A DNA stretch of 64,000 bases from a bacterium (GTDB lineage Bacteria; Oederibacteriota; PGYV01; Palsa-1178), in the NCBI GenBank assembly GCA_037138355.1, contig JBAXIL010000001.1, positions 23,758 to 87,757 of the forward strand. Direction: 5' to 3'. Of this stretch, positions 18,875 through 28,715 are shown one piece after another. A model generated the notes under the pieces. The model saw only the letters and a list, made by a program, of their open reading frames with translations, was not told the DNA's origin and searched no databases. The position numbers and the translations under genes are program-made. Every line of letters starts with the position of its first letter. The stretch's first letter is position 1.

Positions 18875-19611
18875 ATATTATTATAAGTGACATAGATGGG
18901 ACACTGCTTGGGGATAGGGTTGGTTTGGCTGACTTCAATCAATACATTGAAGGTATTAGAGATAAGGTATTTCTTGTTTATGCTACGGGTCGTAGTTACG
19001 GTGAATATCTAAATGCTTTGAAGGAAGAAGGACTTATTCTCCCAAATGCAGTTATAACTTCTACGGGAGCTGATATATACTTAAAAAATAAAGATACATA
19101 TGAAATGGATAAAAAGTGGCATGAAATAATAGGATCTAATGCATGGAATGTTGATTTAGTAAGGAATTTGTTAGATAAGCTACCAGAGCTGATAAGCCAG
19201 ACTGCCAAAAATGATTATAAAGCGTCATATTATTTGAATAATAAACATTTAAAAACGCTTGAAATTAAAGTGATAGAGTTAATTAAAAGTATAGGCATTA
19301 AAGCCAAAGTGATATCAAGTCATGGAATTTATCTTGATATACTTCCTGAGAACTGTGATAAAGGGGAAGCAGCAGTGTATTTAGTTAAGAAGCTTAAGAT
19401 GTCTCATAGTGATGTTATTGTGGCTGGTGATTCAGAAAATGATGTGGACCTTTTTAGAAAATTCAAGCATGGAATCATAGTGGGGAATGCCCACCTTGCT
19501 ATGAAAGAACTATTGAAAGGAAATGATTATTATGAGGCAACTGCTCACGCAGCTGCAGGATTATTGGAAGGCCTCAGATATTATGCAGGTAAAAACATAT
19601 TTAAAATATAG
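18871..19611 (+). CDS. HAD-IIB family phosphatase (sucrose-phosphate-phosphatase-like)
   Basis: IISDIDGTLLGD (motif I), YATGRS (motif II), GDSENDVDLF (motif IV). ATGA overlap with the lnt stop. Confidence 0.7.
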   Translation: MNIIISDIDGTLLGDRVGLADFNQYIEGIRDKVFLVYATGRSYGEYLNALKEEGLILPNAVITSTGADIYLKNKDTYEMDKKWHEIIGSNAWNVDLVRNLLDKLPELISQTAKNDYKASYYLNNKHLKTLEIKVIELIKSIGIKAKVISSHGIYLDILPENCDKGEAAVYLVKKLKMSHSDVIVAGDSENDVDLFRKFKHGIIVGNAHLAMKELLKGNDYYEATAHAAAGLLEGLRYYAGKNIFKI

Positions 19612-19641
19612 ACTGTTTGTTAACGATCGGAGAGCTTTACC

Positions 19642-20418
19642 TTGAAAAAAAAATATTATGTTGTAATTTCTAATGATGATGGGATACAATCAGACGGATT
19701 AAAAGCTGTACATGAAGCATTGAAACCTATTGCAGATGTGATAATCTCGGCACCAGATATACAAAGAAGTGGAGCCTCTCATTCTATCTCTTGCATTAAT
19801 CCAATAAAAGTAAGAAATATTCATTATAATGGATCTCGAGCTCATGCGGTCTCGGGAACGCCAGCAGATTGTGCTAAACTTGCATTGTTAAGCTTAGCAA
19901 GAAGAAAACCAGATTTGCTAATTTCTGGCATCAATCATGGACCAAATATAGCACAGTTTATACTCTATTCAGGGACTGTTGGAGCAGCAGCTGAAGCGGC
20001 TATATTAGGAATTCCTGCAATTGCTTTTTCTATAGATTCTTATGAGCCAAAGGATTTCGTTTTTGCTGTTAAATATATCAGGCAAATAGCTTTAAAAGTA
20101 TTAAAAGGCAAAATTAAAATAAAAAAACACACTATGCTTAACATAAACTTTCCAGACAGAAAAGAAGGAGATATCAAAGGAGTTAAGATCCTACCAAAAG
20201 GTTTAAATGAATATGCAGAGAAATATGTGAAAAAAATAGGAAAAAAAGGTCAAGATTCATATTATTGGCATATTTTAGGTAAAAAAATCAAAAGAAAAAA
20301 ACAATTAACTGATGCAGATGGGGTAGAAGCAGGATATATCACTATTACACCGTTATATTTTGATTTAAATGATGCAGATGCCATAATTAAGCTAAAACAA
20401 AAGGACTTTATAATATAA
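19642..20418 (+). CDS. surE: 5'/3'-nucleotidase SurE
   Basis: VVISNDDGIQSDGLKAV, SGINHGPNI, YSGTVGAAAEAAILGIPAIAFS. Confidence 0.9.
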   Translation: MKKKYYVVISNDDGIQSDGLKAVHEALKPIADVIISAPDIQRSGASHSISCINPIKVRNIHYNGSRAHAVSGTPADCAKLALLSLARRKPDLLISGINHGPNIAQFILYSGTVGAAAEAAILGIPAIAFSIDSYEPKDFVFAVKYIRQIALKVLKGKIKIKKHTMLNINFPDRKEGDIKGVKILPKGLNEYAEKYVKKIGKKGQDSYYWHILGKKIKRKKQLTDADGVEAGYITITPLYFDLNDADAIIKLKQKDFII

Positions 20419-20445
20419 AAAAAGCGCGAATAAATCGCGCTTTTT
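20417..20445. terminator. Bidirectional intrinsic terminator between the convergent surE and Spy-like genes
   Basis: An A7 run, then GCGCGA (20424-20429) pairing with TCGCGC (20435-20440), then a T5 run. Functional in either orientation. Confidence 0.8.
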
Positions 20446-20465
20446 AAATTTATAAATTGATTTGT

Positions 20466-20942
20466 TTATTTTTTGTTTTTGTCTAATATCTTTCTTTGTA
20501 TTTTATCTTTGTGCTTTTCCAATAATGAAACCATTTTATTGAATTGTTCGTCGGTCAGAATCTCTTTAACCTTGAACATGTGTTCAGTTCTTGTCTTAAT
20601 TAATTTTCTTTCTATATTTGCCATTTTGTCAGTGAGAGCATTTATTTTGTCTCTGTTCGTGGGATTATTTTTAAACTCATCTTGAATGTCCCAAACTGTT
20701 GTTTTTAGTTCGTTTCTCATGGAAAATATTTCGCGCTTTGAAGAGTCTTTCAAGGATTGAAGCTGTTCTTCTTGAGCAGGAGAGAGCTTAAGCTCGTCTA
20801 CTATCTTCAGAACCCCTCCAATAATCATTCCTGGACCTATTCCATCATCCCCATCTGGGCCTGGTCCTTCTGCTGCGAAAATGAAAGGTATTGCAGTAAA
20901 TATTAAGGCAAGTACAAAAATTATGCTTTTTCTCATTACCAT
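20466..20942 (-). CDS. Spy/CpxP-like periplasmic protein (LTxxQ-type repeats)
   Basis: Signal peptide, a Gly/Pro/Asp-rich stretch (AEGPGPDGDDGIGPG), then helical repeats LSPAQEEQLQSL and LTDEQFNKM typical of the Spy/CpxP/heavy-metal-sensor family. Last gene of the ECF operon. Confidence 0.55.
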   Translation of the reverse strand: MVMRKSIIFVLALIFTAIPFIFAAEGPGPDGDDGIGPGMIIGGVLKIVDELKLSPAQEEQLQSLKDSSKREIFSMRNELKTTVWDIQDEFKNNPTNRDKINALTDKMANIERKLIKTRTEHMFKVKEILTDEQFNKMVSLLEKHKDKIQRKILDKNKK

Positions 20943-21004
20943 ACCTCCTTAAGTTATTTTGTTTGCTTTATTAAATAATAAAAGACTAAAGTCACAAAAA
21001 TTAT

Positions 21005-21445
21005 TTAAAATACTTCTGTGTTATATTCGTTGTCATATATGTATGAAACCTCTTCTATGTCTGAAGTCTCATACAGTGCAGTTTCTGCAATATTATAGTC
21101 ATCAATAAGAATATTAGATAATTTTGTTTTCTTTTCCAAATTAGGATAAAGGAAAACTCCAACAAGCAGTAGCACTGCTGTAGCCATGGCAAATGCTGGT
21201 TTAAATATCAAGGTAAACAAAGTTTGTCTTTTTTGATTCACAATTCTTTTAATGTTGGTTAAAACAGAAAGAGAAGGCTCTCTCAATGTGACTTTAAATA
21301 AAGTACTCAATTTGACAAGTTTTTTTAGTTCTGATTCACAAGCTTTACAAGTTTTTAAGTGATTTTCTATTGTCTTAGTGGTAACAGCGTCTAATTCGGT
21401 TCTTTTAAAGTCGTACAATAGGGAACTTACTTTAGCACATTTCAT
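21005..21445 (-). CDS. Anti-sigma factor with zf-HC2 motif and a single TM segment
   Basis: H-x3-C-x2-C motif (HLKTCKACESE), central TM segment (FAMATAVLLLVGVFLY). ATGA overlap with the upstream ECF sigma gene. Confidence 0.6.
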   Translation of the reverse strand: MKCAKVSSLLYDFKRTELDAVTTKTIENHLKTCKACESELKKLVKLSTLFKVTLREPSLSVLTNIKRIVNQKRQTLFTLIFKPAFAMATAVLLLVGVFLYPNLEKKTKLSNILIDDYNIAETALYETSDIEEVSYIYDNEYNTEVF

Positions 21446-21918
21446 AATAAAGCCTCCTTCGCGGCATACTCTTTAAGTTTGGCTATGCCACGGTTTATAC
21501 GGGATTTAACTGTCCCTAAGTTTATATTCATTATCTTTGATATTTCTTTATATGAAAACCCGCCTATTTCTGCAAGAAGAATCGGGGCTTTAAGCTCTGG
21601 ACTCAATTTTTCAAGTAGGCTATCAAGCAGGGAAATGCTTGAATCGGTCTTTTTTTGTTCGGGTTGTTCTATCAGCTCTAATTTGTTGCTATGTAGGTTC
21701 TGTGATCTTATATAGTCAATGGTTTTATTGACTGTCATTCTGTAAAGATAAGTCTTTATATCAGCATCTCCTCTAAAATAATTGTAACCCTCAAATAATT
21801 TTATGAACACATTTTGCATAATATCCTCTGCTTCGTCACGACTCCTAAGCATTCCGAGCGCCACATTATATACATATTTGGAGTTTTCCTTGTATACTTT
21901 CTCAAACCTGTGGTCCAT
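21442..21918 (-). CDS. ECF-type RNA polymerase sigma-70 family factor
   Basis: Region 2 (AEDIMQNVFIKLFEGYNYFRGDADIKTYLYRMTVNKTIDYIR) and region 4 HTH (GGFSYKEISKIMNINLGTVKSRINRGIAKL). Confidence 0.85.
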   Translation of the reverse strand: MDHRFEKVYKENSKYVYNVALGMLRSRDEAEDIMQNVFIKLFEGYNYFRGDADIKTYLYRMTVNKTIDYIRSQNLHSNKLELIEQPEQKKTDSSISLLDSLLEKLSPELKAPILLAEIGGFSYKEISKIMNINLGTVKSRINRGIAKLKEYAAKEALL

Positions 21919-21945
21919 AGCGCTCCTTTTTCTAATTACAACAAT

Positions 21946-21973
21946 TAGACGATTTGAAATGCTTATTTGTTCA
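21946..21973 (-). promoter_or_regulatory. ECF-type promoter candidate upstream of the sigma gene (autoregulation)
   Basis: Minus strand reads TGAAC-aaataagcatttcaaat-CGTCTAA (GAAC -35, 17-nt spacer, CGTC -10). The -10 element ends 28 nt upstream of the start codon, and the RBS aaaaggagcg lies in between. Confidence 0.5.
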
Positions 21974-22083
21974 ATTAATTATATCACATAAGACTTGAGT
22001 TTAATTACAGTTAAAGGTAAAATCATGTAAACGAAGATAATTTGGTTGTAAAGTTTGATAATTGAACAAAATGGAGAATTATA

Positions 22084-22818
22084 TTGTCTCAAAATTACTC
22101 AATATATTGGCCTTTTGGAGCAAAAGCTGCTGTTTCATTGACATACGATGATGGTCTTGAGTCGCAGTTAAGTCAGGCTGTACCTCAACTTGCTAAGTAT
22201 GGGATAAAAGGAACTTTTTTCCCTTCAACTTGGGGACTGGCAAATCCCCAAAATACTAAGTTCTGGACCGACTTGGTAAAGGCAGGCCATGAAATAGGTT
22301 GTCATACACTTAATCATCCTTGTAGTAATTCTTTTGAATTTACAAAACGGGGTTATACTCTCCAAGAATATACATTGGATAGAATTAATGAAGAGATAGA
22401 TGCAAATATACAGCTAATAAAAAGTTTCGGTTACAACAATAAGGAACTTGTTTTTGCTTATCCATGCGGTCAGACGGCGGTTGGGGCAAATCTTGATATA
22501 AGTTATAAGCCGATTATTGCGAATAAGTTTACTGCGGCAAGAGGCACAAAAAGAGGTTATGCTTTTCCTGATAAGCTACAGCTTAATGAAATTCCATGTT
22601 TTGGTGTTGAAGAGGACGGGGAGGGTCTTATAAATATTGCAAAAGAGGCAATTAGAACTAATACATGGGCTGTGATTTTGTTTCATGGTGTAGGTGGAGA
22701 TTATATATCGGTAACAGCTCAGGCACATAAAGAATTACTTGAGTATTTAAAAGATAATAATGATATTTGGACAGCAAGGTTTGGAGATATAGCAAAATAT
22801 ATTATAAAACAACTATAG
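22084..22818 (+). CDS. Polysaccharide deacetylase (NodB-like) family protein
   Basis: SLTYDDGLESQ, HTLNHP and FHGVGGDY motifs. TTG start with RBS ggagaa. Confidence 0.75.
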   Translation: MSQNYSIYWPFGAKAAVSLTYDDGLESQLSQAVPQLAKYGIKGTFFPSTWGLANPQNTKFWTDLVKAGHEIGCHTLNHPCSNSFEFTKRGYTLQEYTLDRINEEIDANIQLIKSFGYNNKELVFAYPCGQTAVGANLDISYKPIIANKFTAARGTKRGYAFPDKLQLNEIPCFGVEEDGEGLINIAKEAIRTNTWAVILFHGVGGDYISVTAQAHKELLEYLKDNNDIWTARFGDIAKYIIKQL

Positions 22819-22879
22819 CTGTGTTTAGTTTAAATCTCTTTTCTTGCGAAACCTCACATACTATGATATTATTACAATT

Positions 22880-23245
22880 ATGATAAAAGGAATAGGCGTA
22901 GATATTTGCGATATAAAAAGGCTAAAGACCGCGATTAAAAAAAATAAAAGGTTTTTAAAGCGCGTTTATAGCGATAGGGAAATACAGTATTGCTCAGGTA
23001 AGAAAAATTCTATACTTAATTTTGCTGGCAGGTTTGCTGTTAAAGAGGCATTCATAAAAGCTGTCTCTACAGACAAGTCAATTAGCCTAAATGAAATTGA
23101 GGTTGTGAATAATAATCATGGAAAACCTGAAATCGTTTTAAACCTTGCTATTAAAACGATATTAAAAAAGAAGAAAGCTAAAAACTTAAGCATCAGTATT
23201 TCTCATACACATAATGCCGCAGTTGCGGTATGTATATTAACTTAA
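22880..23245 (+). CDS. acpS: Holo-[acyl-carrier-protein] synthase AcpS
   Basis: MIKGIGVDICDIKR..., FAVKEAFIKA, ISISHTHNAAVAV. Start moved to ATG 22880 to match the usual AcpS N-terminus. Confidence 0.85.
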   Translation: MIKGIGVDICDIKRLKTAIKKNKRFLKRVYSDREIQYCSGKKNSILNFAGRFAVKEAFIKAVSTDKSISLNEIEVVNNNHGKPEIVLNLAIKTILKKKKAKNLSISISHTHNAAVAVCILT

Positions 23246-23264
23246 TTCAATTTGGAGGGTATAT

Positions 23265-24821
23265 ATGTATTTAGTAAACTCATCTGAAATGAAAGAAATA
23301 GATAGACTTACTGTAGAGAAGTATTCTCTTCCTGCCATAATACTCATGGAGAATGCTGGGATTAATGTTGTTGACGCATTAAGTAATGAACTTGGCAGAC
23401 TTCTTTTTCGTCGTGTAAATGTATTTTGTGGAGGAGGAAATAATGGTGGTGATGGTTTCGTAGTTGCCAGACATTTGAAAACAGAAGGTGCTTATGTAAA
23501 GGTTTTTTTTACTGGGGATTTGGCTTCATTAAAAGATGAATCAAAAATTAATTATAATGCTGCTTTGAAATATGGCGTTGAGATAATACATTTGAAATCT
23601 GCTGAGGACATAAGAAAACATGAAAGTAGTATTTTAGGTTGTGAGATCGTTATTGATGCACTTATCGGTACAGGATTAAAGCAAGATATAGCCGGCTTTA
23701 TGGCTCAGTTAGTTGTTTATATAAATATGATGGGAAAATACACAGTCTCAGTTGATATTCCTTCAGGTGTTGATGCTGATACTGGTGACATAAAGGGCAT
23801 AGGCGTTTACGCCAACTTAACAATAACTTTTGGTCTCCCAAAGATAGGAATTGCTATATATCCAGGTCTTGAGTATGTAGGAAAACTTGTGGTCGCTGAT
23901 ATTAATATACCTTCGCAATTATTAGCTATCCCACGACAGAATGTTTTAATGACAAAAGAATTAGTTGTTCCTATGATGCCTTATAGACAGCCAAATGCTA
24001 ATAAAGGAAACTTCGGCCCTTTACTAATTATTGGAGGGTCTCCTGGCATGACAGGCGCCGTAGTCCTTGCTGCCAAGGCTGCATTGAAGTCAGGTGCTGG
24101 TATAGTAACAGTGGCAGTGTCGCAGTCGCTTACTGCAAGTATTAAATCAAGAACTGACGAAGTTATTGTAGCAGCTGTGAAAGAAACTAAAGATGGTTTT
24201 ATAAGCGAGGATGCATACGCTCATATAATGGAACTTGTAGGGCAGTCAAAAGTTGTTGTAATAGGTCCTGGAATGGGCAGGGATAAGGGAACGCAAGCAC
24301 TTATTAGAAAATTAATAAATGATATAAAAAAACCATTAGTCATTGATGCGGATGCTTTGAATGCCATGGAAAATGATAAAACATGCTTGAAAAACATTGA
24401 CAAAGATGTTATATTAACTCCACATATAGGAGAAATGTCAAGACTGACAGGACTTAAGATTGAAGATATAATTAAGGATAAAATAGGAGTTTTGAGATCT
24501 TTTATAAGCACCTATAAGGTCAATGTTTTACTAAAAGATGGCAGATCTATGCTGGCGGATTCGGAAAAAAATATTTATATAAATACCACAGGCAACTCTG
24601 GTATGGCAACACCTGGAAGTGGAGATGTGTTATCAGGAATTATAGCAGCTTTTATGGCGCATAGTATGCTCTCTGCGCAGGCTGGAATTGTGGCTAATTA
24701 TACACATGGTTTGGCAGGAGATATGCTTTTATCAGAAATTAGTGGTGAAGGAATTACAGCAGAAGATATAATTAATAATGTGCCAAAAGCAATTAAGGCA
24801 CTTAAAAAACAGGAGGCTTAA
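23265..24821 (+). CDS. nnr: Bifunctional NAD(P)H-hydrate repair enzyme Nnr (epimerase / ADP-dependent dehydratase)
   Basis: N-terminal YjeF_N (CGGGNNGGDGFVVARHL) and C-terminal carbohydrate-kinase part (GNSGMATPGSGDVLSG). Confidence 0.9.
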   Translation: MYLVNSSEMKEIDRLTVEKYSLPAIILMENAGINVVDALSNELGRLLFRRVNVFCGGGNNGGDGFVVARHLKTEGAYVKVFFTGDLASLKDESKINYNAALKYGVEIIHLKSAEDIRKHESSILGCEIVIDALIGTGLKQDIAGFMAQLVVYINMMGKYTVSVDIPSGVDADTGDIKGIGVYANLTITFGLPKIGIAIYPGLEYVGKLVVADINIPSQLLAIPRQNVLMTKELVVPMMPYRQPNANKGNFGPLLIIGGSPGMTGAVVLAAKAALKSGAGIVTVAVSQSLTASIKSRTDEVIVAAVKETKDGFISEDAYAHIMELVGQSKVVVIGPGMGRDKGTQALIRKLINDIKKPLVIDADALNAMENDKTCLKNIDKDVILTPHIGEMSRLTGLKIEDIIKDKIGVLRSFISTYKVNVLLKDGRSMLADSEKNIYINTTGNSGMATPGSGDVLSGIIAAFMAHSMLSAQAGIVANYTHGLAGDMLLSEISGEGITAEDIINNVPKAIKALKKQEA

Positions 24822-25286
24822 ATGATAACACCTATTTTTCTAATTCTGATTACACTTCTTTTCTTAATAATGTGGGGATGGATTATTATGATATTTATAG
24901 ATAATTATAAAATAAAAATGCAAATTGAGGCACTCGTCGAACATCCTTTGACCCTGGAACAGAAGGAAACCGTTGATAATCTTCAATTAGATCTTGATAC
25001 AAATGCGTATAGAGCAAAAAATGTGAAAATCGTAGTTTTAGTTTTTGGATTCCTTTATTCGGTAGCAGCGGTAGCAATTGTTTGGCTAAATGCAAAGTAT
25101 TCGTTTTTTACTTATGATGGGCTTGTAACAAATCTTAAACTTACTATGCTTATCATTGTATTATTTTTTACCCCTGGTTACATAGGGCTTGAAGTGATTA
25201 GTAATACTGAAGGAGCATCAGGGAACATATCATCAAGACTTAAATTCAGCGAGGAATTAAAAGCTGGAGAAGAAGTTGAAATCTAA
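24822..25286 (+). CDS. Hypothetical membrane protein (about 3 TM segments)
   Basis: Hydrophobic segments ITPIFLILITLLFLIMWGWIIMIFI, IVVLVFGFLYSVAAVAIVWL and LTMLIIVLFFTPGYIGL. The ATG follows the nnr stop directly. I do not recognise a family. Confidence 0.5.
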   Translation: MITPIFLILITLLFLIMWGWIIMIFIDNYKIKMQIEALVEHPLTLEQKETVDNLQLDLDTNAYRAKNVKIVVLVFGFLYSVAAVAIVWLNAKYSFFTYDGLVTNLKLTMLIIVLFFTPGYIGLEVISNTEGASGNISSRLKFSEELKAGEEVEI

Positions 25287-25644
25287 AACCAAGTTTGTAA
25301 AATATTTAATTATTGTTTTTTTGTTGTCGAGTTGTGCTTCAATGCAGTTACCAAAAAATATTTTAGAATTTCAAATAACTCCTGAAACAGGCATAAAAGC
25401 AGGTACTATAGTAACAGTTAATATAAAAACCTCCGAAGATGTGACTCGCGTTTTGGGTTCATTGGATATGATGGGCTCTCCTCAAATACCCCTAAAATAT
25501 GACGAGTCAAAAAAAGTTTGGTACTTAAGACGCATGATACCGATTGGCGTAATGATCCCATCAGGTGAGTATATTACAAAAGTCGAAGTTATCACTAAAT
25601 CGGGCGAACATTATTACGCTGAAAAGAAAATAAAAATACAGTAA
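25276..25644 (+). CDS. Hypothetical small lipoprotein (beta-sandwich-like)
   Basis: TTG start with RBS ggagaagaag. Lipobox LLSSC. 122 aa. Confidence 0.5.
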   Translation: MKSKTKFVKYLIIVFLLSSCASMQLPKNILEFQITPETGIKAGTIVTVNIKTSEDVTRVLGSLDMMGSPQIPLKYDESKKVWYLRRMIPIGVMIPSGEYITKVEVITKSGEHYYAEKKIKIQ

Positions 25645-25675
25645 AGCGCATACTTAACACAAAAGGAGATTTATA

Positions 25676-26509
25676 GTGGCAATAAAGAATAAAAAGAAAA
25701 AAGTTGAAAAATTAGCTACGACTGATCAAACTGATGAAAGATCAATGTTATTGCCACCAAAGCATAAATCACGCAGAGTGGGTTTGATATATTCAATAAT
25801 ACTGGCTGTATTGGTTATTGTAGCGGCTTGTGTAATGATAGATTATTATACTGCTTGGGGTAATACTCCGAAGCTGATAAAGCGTATGCTCGTAGAGGCA
25901 GAAAAGAAAGCCATTTATAAACATTATGATGAAGCAGAAACAAAATATGAAATCATTATGGAAAGATTCAAAAACAATGTGAAATATATTGAAGAGTTAA
26001 AGCAGGCAAAATTATCATTGGCAAAAACATTAAAAGACGCTGAACAATATATAAAAGCTATTGTCTTGTATAAGGAACTTTCAATAGAATATAAAAAGTC
26101 TAATCCCGATATGTATGCTTGGCTACAGCTTGAACTTGCTGATTCCTATAATAGTATATTAAATACTGAAGAGGCGATAAGAGTTTATAAGCAAGTCGCA
26201 ATAGATTATAAAGCTTCAGATTGGTCTGCTGAGGCACTTTTCGGCATTGCTGATGCTTATAAGTCTAAAAAAGATTATACAAGTGCACTTGAATATTATG
26301 ATCTAATAATTAATAAATATGAAAAAGGTTTTTTAAGTGCTGAGGCCTTGACTAATAAAGGTCGTATATATGAAATACTTGGAAAAATTGATCTTGCGTA
26401 TAAAGTTTATGAGAAGGTTGTGAGGGAATTCCCAGAAATTGTTACGGAATATGCAAGGGGTAGATACGACGCTCTCACAATAAAAACAAAATCAAATGCG
26501 CGAATTTGA
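25676..26509 (+). CDS. Membrane-anchored TPR-repeat protein
   Basis: GTG start with RBS aaaggag. N-terminal TM segment (VGLIYSIILAVLVIVAACVMI), then repeated A..Y....Y..A...Y TPR-like helices. Confidence 0.6.
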   Translation: MAIKNKKKKVEKLATTDQTDERSMLLPPKHKSRRVGLIYSIILAVLVIVAACVMIDYYTAWGNTPKLIKRMLVEAEKKAIYKHYDEAETKYEIIMERFKNNVKYIEELKQAKLSLAKTLKDAEQYIKAIVLYKELSIEYKKSNPDMYAWLQLELADSYNSILNTEEAIRVYKQVAIDYKASDWSAEALFGIADAYKSKKDYTSALEYYDLIINKYEKGFLSAEALTNKGRIYEILGKIDLAYKVYEKVVREFPEIVTEYARGRYDALTIKTKSNARI

Positions 26510-27479
26510 ATTCATAAACAGAATCAAAACAGCGACTAACAATTCGTATAATTCTATTATAAAGTCGATAGGCGACGATTGCGCGATACTTCATTATTCG
26601 AAATCCATGGATATGCTAATAACTACTGATACTATTTGTGAAGGGGTGCATTTTTCGAGTAAGTATTTTAAGGCAAATGAAATCGGAGCACGCGCCTTTG
26701 CTGTAAGTGTTTCTGATATATGCGCTATGGGGGGCAACCCTTTATATGCACTTGTAAATATTGCTTTTCCAAAAAAAACACCACAAAAGTATATTGATAC
26801 AATATTTAAAGGATTGCTTGCTGAAGCAGCTAAGTATAAAACAGATATTATTGGTGGTGATACAATTTCTTCAGCCCAAATAGTCATCACTGTTACTGTA
26901 ATAGGAAAAGTTGAAAAAGGAAAAGCTTTATTGAGAAAGCATGCAAAACCTGGCGACACGCTATATGTCACAGGTACGCTGGGAGATTCTTTTGCTGGAT
27001 TGCAAATATTATCTAAGAAAAAACGCTCTAAATTACTTCCCAACGAATTAATTCCCGTGAATAAACATATAGCGCCTCGACCAAATTATTTAGAGGGGCG
27101 TTTATTACTTAAAAGTAACATGGTTAATGCCTGTATGGATGTTTCTGATGGGATAGCAAGTGATATAGCAAGAATATGCGAAGAAAGCAAAACTGGGGCA
27201 GAAATCAGGGTAGATAATTTACCCGTTTCATTATCTACACTTAAAACTGCCGAGCAATATCATGATAAAATAGTTGATTATGCTCTTTATGGTGGTGAAG
27301 ATTTTGTTTTAATGTTTACGGTAGCAGATAAGAATAAGAATAGAATCAAACAATATATGAATACCAATGGAAAAGCAATTTATGAAATAGGCACAATTAC
27401 TAAAAAAAAGGGTATAATACTAGTAAAAGCTGGGAATAAAATAAAGGAAACAGGGAAAAAAGTATGGAAGCATTTTTAA
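26496..27479 (+). CDS. thiL: Thiamine-monophosphate kinase ThiL
   Basis: EFEFINRIK, IGDDCAIL, TTDTICEGVHF, AFAVSVSDICAMGG, GGDT. Confidence 0.85.
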   Translation: MREFEFINRIKTATNNSYNSIIKSIGDDCAILHYSKSMDMLITTDTICEGVHFSSKYFKANEIGARAFAVSVSDICAMGGNPLYALVNIAFPKKTPQKYIDTIFKGLLAEAAKYKTDIIGGDTISSAQIVITVTVIGKVEKGKALLRKHAKPGDTLYVTGTLGDSFAGLQILSKKKRSKLLPNELIPVNKHIAPRPNYLEGRLLLKSNMVNACMDVSDGIASDIARICEESKTGAEIRVDNLPVSLSTLKTAEQYHDKIVDYALYGGEDFVLMFTVADKNKNRIKQYMNTNGKAIYEIGTITKKKGIILVKAGNKIKETGKKVWKHF

Positions 27480-27943
27480 AAAAATATTTCAAAAAGGTTG
27501 AGAAAGTAGAATCTTTATCTGTTAAACAAACACAAGCGTGTGCTTTGCATTTTGCAAGTGGGATAAGTGCTGGTGATATAGTAGCACTTTCAGGCGATTT
27601 AGGTGCTGGCAAGACACATTTTGTTAAGGGAATAGGCAAGTTCTTTAAAATTAATGGTAAAATGATAGTTAGCCCAACATTTTCGCTCATTAAAACATAT
27701 AAGAGTAAGGGAATGGTTATTAACCATTTTGATTTTTATCGACTTAAAGGCATAGATGAACTTGAGAAAATTGGATACAGAGATTCTATAGCAGAACTAA
27801 ATACAATATCTTTAATAGAGTGGCCTGAAAAAGTTAAGGAAACTTGGAGAAATTTTACTTATGTAATTAATATTTTGCATAAGGGTTCTAATCGCAGAAG
27901 TATAACTATTTATAAAAAGAAGATTTTGAAAAAGTGTCAGTAA
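27464..27943 (+). CDS. tsaE: tRNA t6A biosynthesis ATPase TsaE
   Basis: LSGDLGAGKTHFVKGI, SPTFSLIKTY, HFDFYRL, IEWPE. Confidence 0.85.
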   Translation: MEAFLKKYFKKVEKVESLSVKQTQACALHFASGISAGDIVALSGDLGAGKTHFVKGIGKFFKINGKMIVSPTFSLIKTYKSKGMVINHFDFYRLKGIDELEKIGYRDSIAELNTISLIEWPEKVKETWRNFTYVINILHKGSNRRSITIYKKKILKKCQ

Positions 27944-28008
27944 AGAGTTATGAAAAAAAATATTGTTGACGGTAATTAAATCTATAAATATGTTGAAATT
28001 CTAAAAGG

Positions 28009-28710
28009 ATGTTCATGAATTTACTTGTGGTTGACACCAGTTCGAAAGAGATAGCAGTTGCTGTATTTAATGGCTCTAAATGCCTTTATGAAAATTATAT
28101 AACTGTTGATAAAAATTATAATAAAGTATTGATGCCTATATTGCAGAATGCAATAGATAAATCTGGTCTTATGCTAAATGAAATAGATTTATTTGCTTCA
28201 ACTTTAGGTCCAGGTTCTTTTACTGGGATCAGAGTGGGGATGGCTGCCTTAAAAGGTCTGGCGCAGCCAGTTAGTAAAAATTACTCAGGTGTAGTCGTTC
28301 TTGATATTTTAGCAAATTCAGCTGAAAGTCATGGCAGAGTTTGGGCTATACTCGATGCTGGCAGAGGAGAATTGTACGCTGCTGCTTATATATATAAAGA
28401 TAAGATGCAAATGTTAAGTGGAAAGTATTTGTTGATTTCAAAAGAAAATTTTCAAAAGAAAATAAAAAAAGGTGATACAATAGTTTCTCTAAAACGAGAG
28501 GCATTTATAGTAGAAATGGAAAGACCAATACTTAAAGTACAATTTGTACGACTTGAGCATATAGATATGAAGGTTTTTGCAAAGATGATGCTTCGTAAAG
28601 CAAAAACAATTAAAGCTTCAGATTTGTTTAATTCAGCGCCAGTATATATAAGACCATCAGAAGCAGAAGTAACTCTAAAAAGAAATAAGAAACAAAAACA
28701 CACGAGGTGA
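28009..28710 (+). CDS. tsaB: tRNA t6A biosynthesis protein TsaB
   Basis: LLVVDTSSKEIAVAV and GPGSFTGIRVGMAALKGLA. The start could instead be ATG 28015. Confidence 0.8.
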   Translation: MFMNLLVVDTSSKEIAVAVFNGSKCLYENYITVDKNYNKVLMPILQNAIDKSGLMLNEIDLFASTLGPGSFTGIRVGMAALKGLAQPVSKNYSGVVVLDILANSAESHGRVWAILDAGRGELYAAAYIYKDKMQMLSGKYLLISKENFQKKIKKGDTIVSLKREAFIVEMERPILKVQFVRLEHIDMKVFAKMMLRKAKTIKASDLFNSAPVYIRPSEAEVTLKRNKKQKHTR

Positions 28711-28715
28711 GTACA

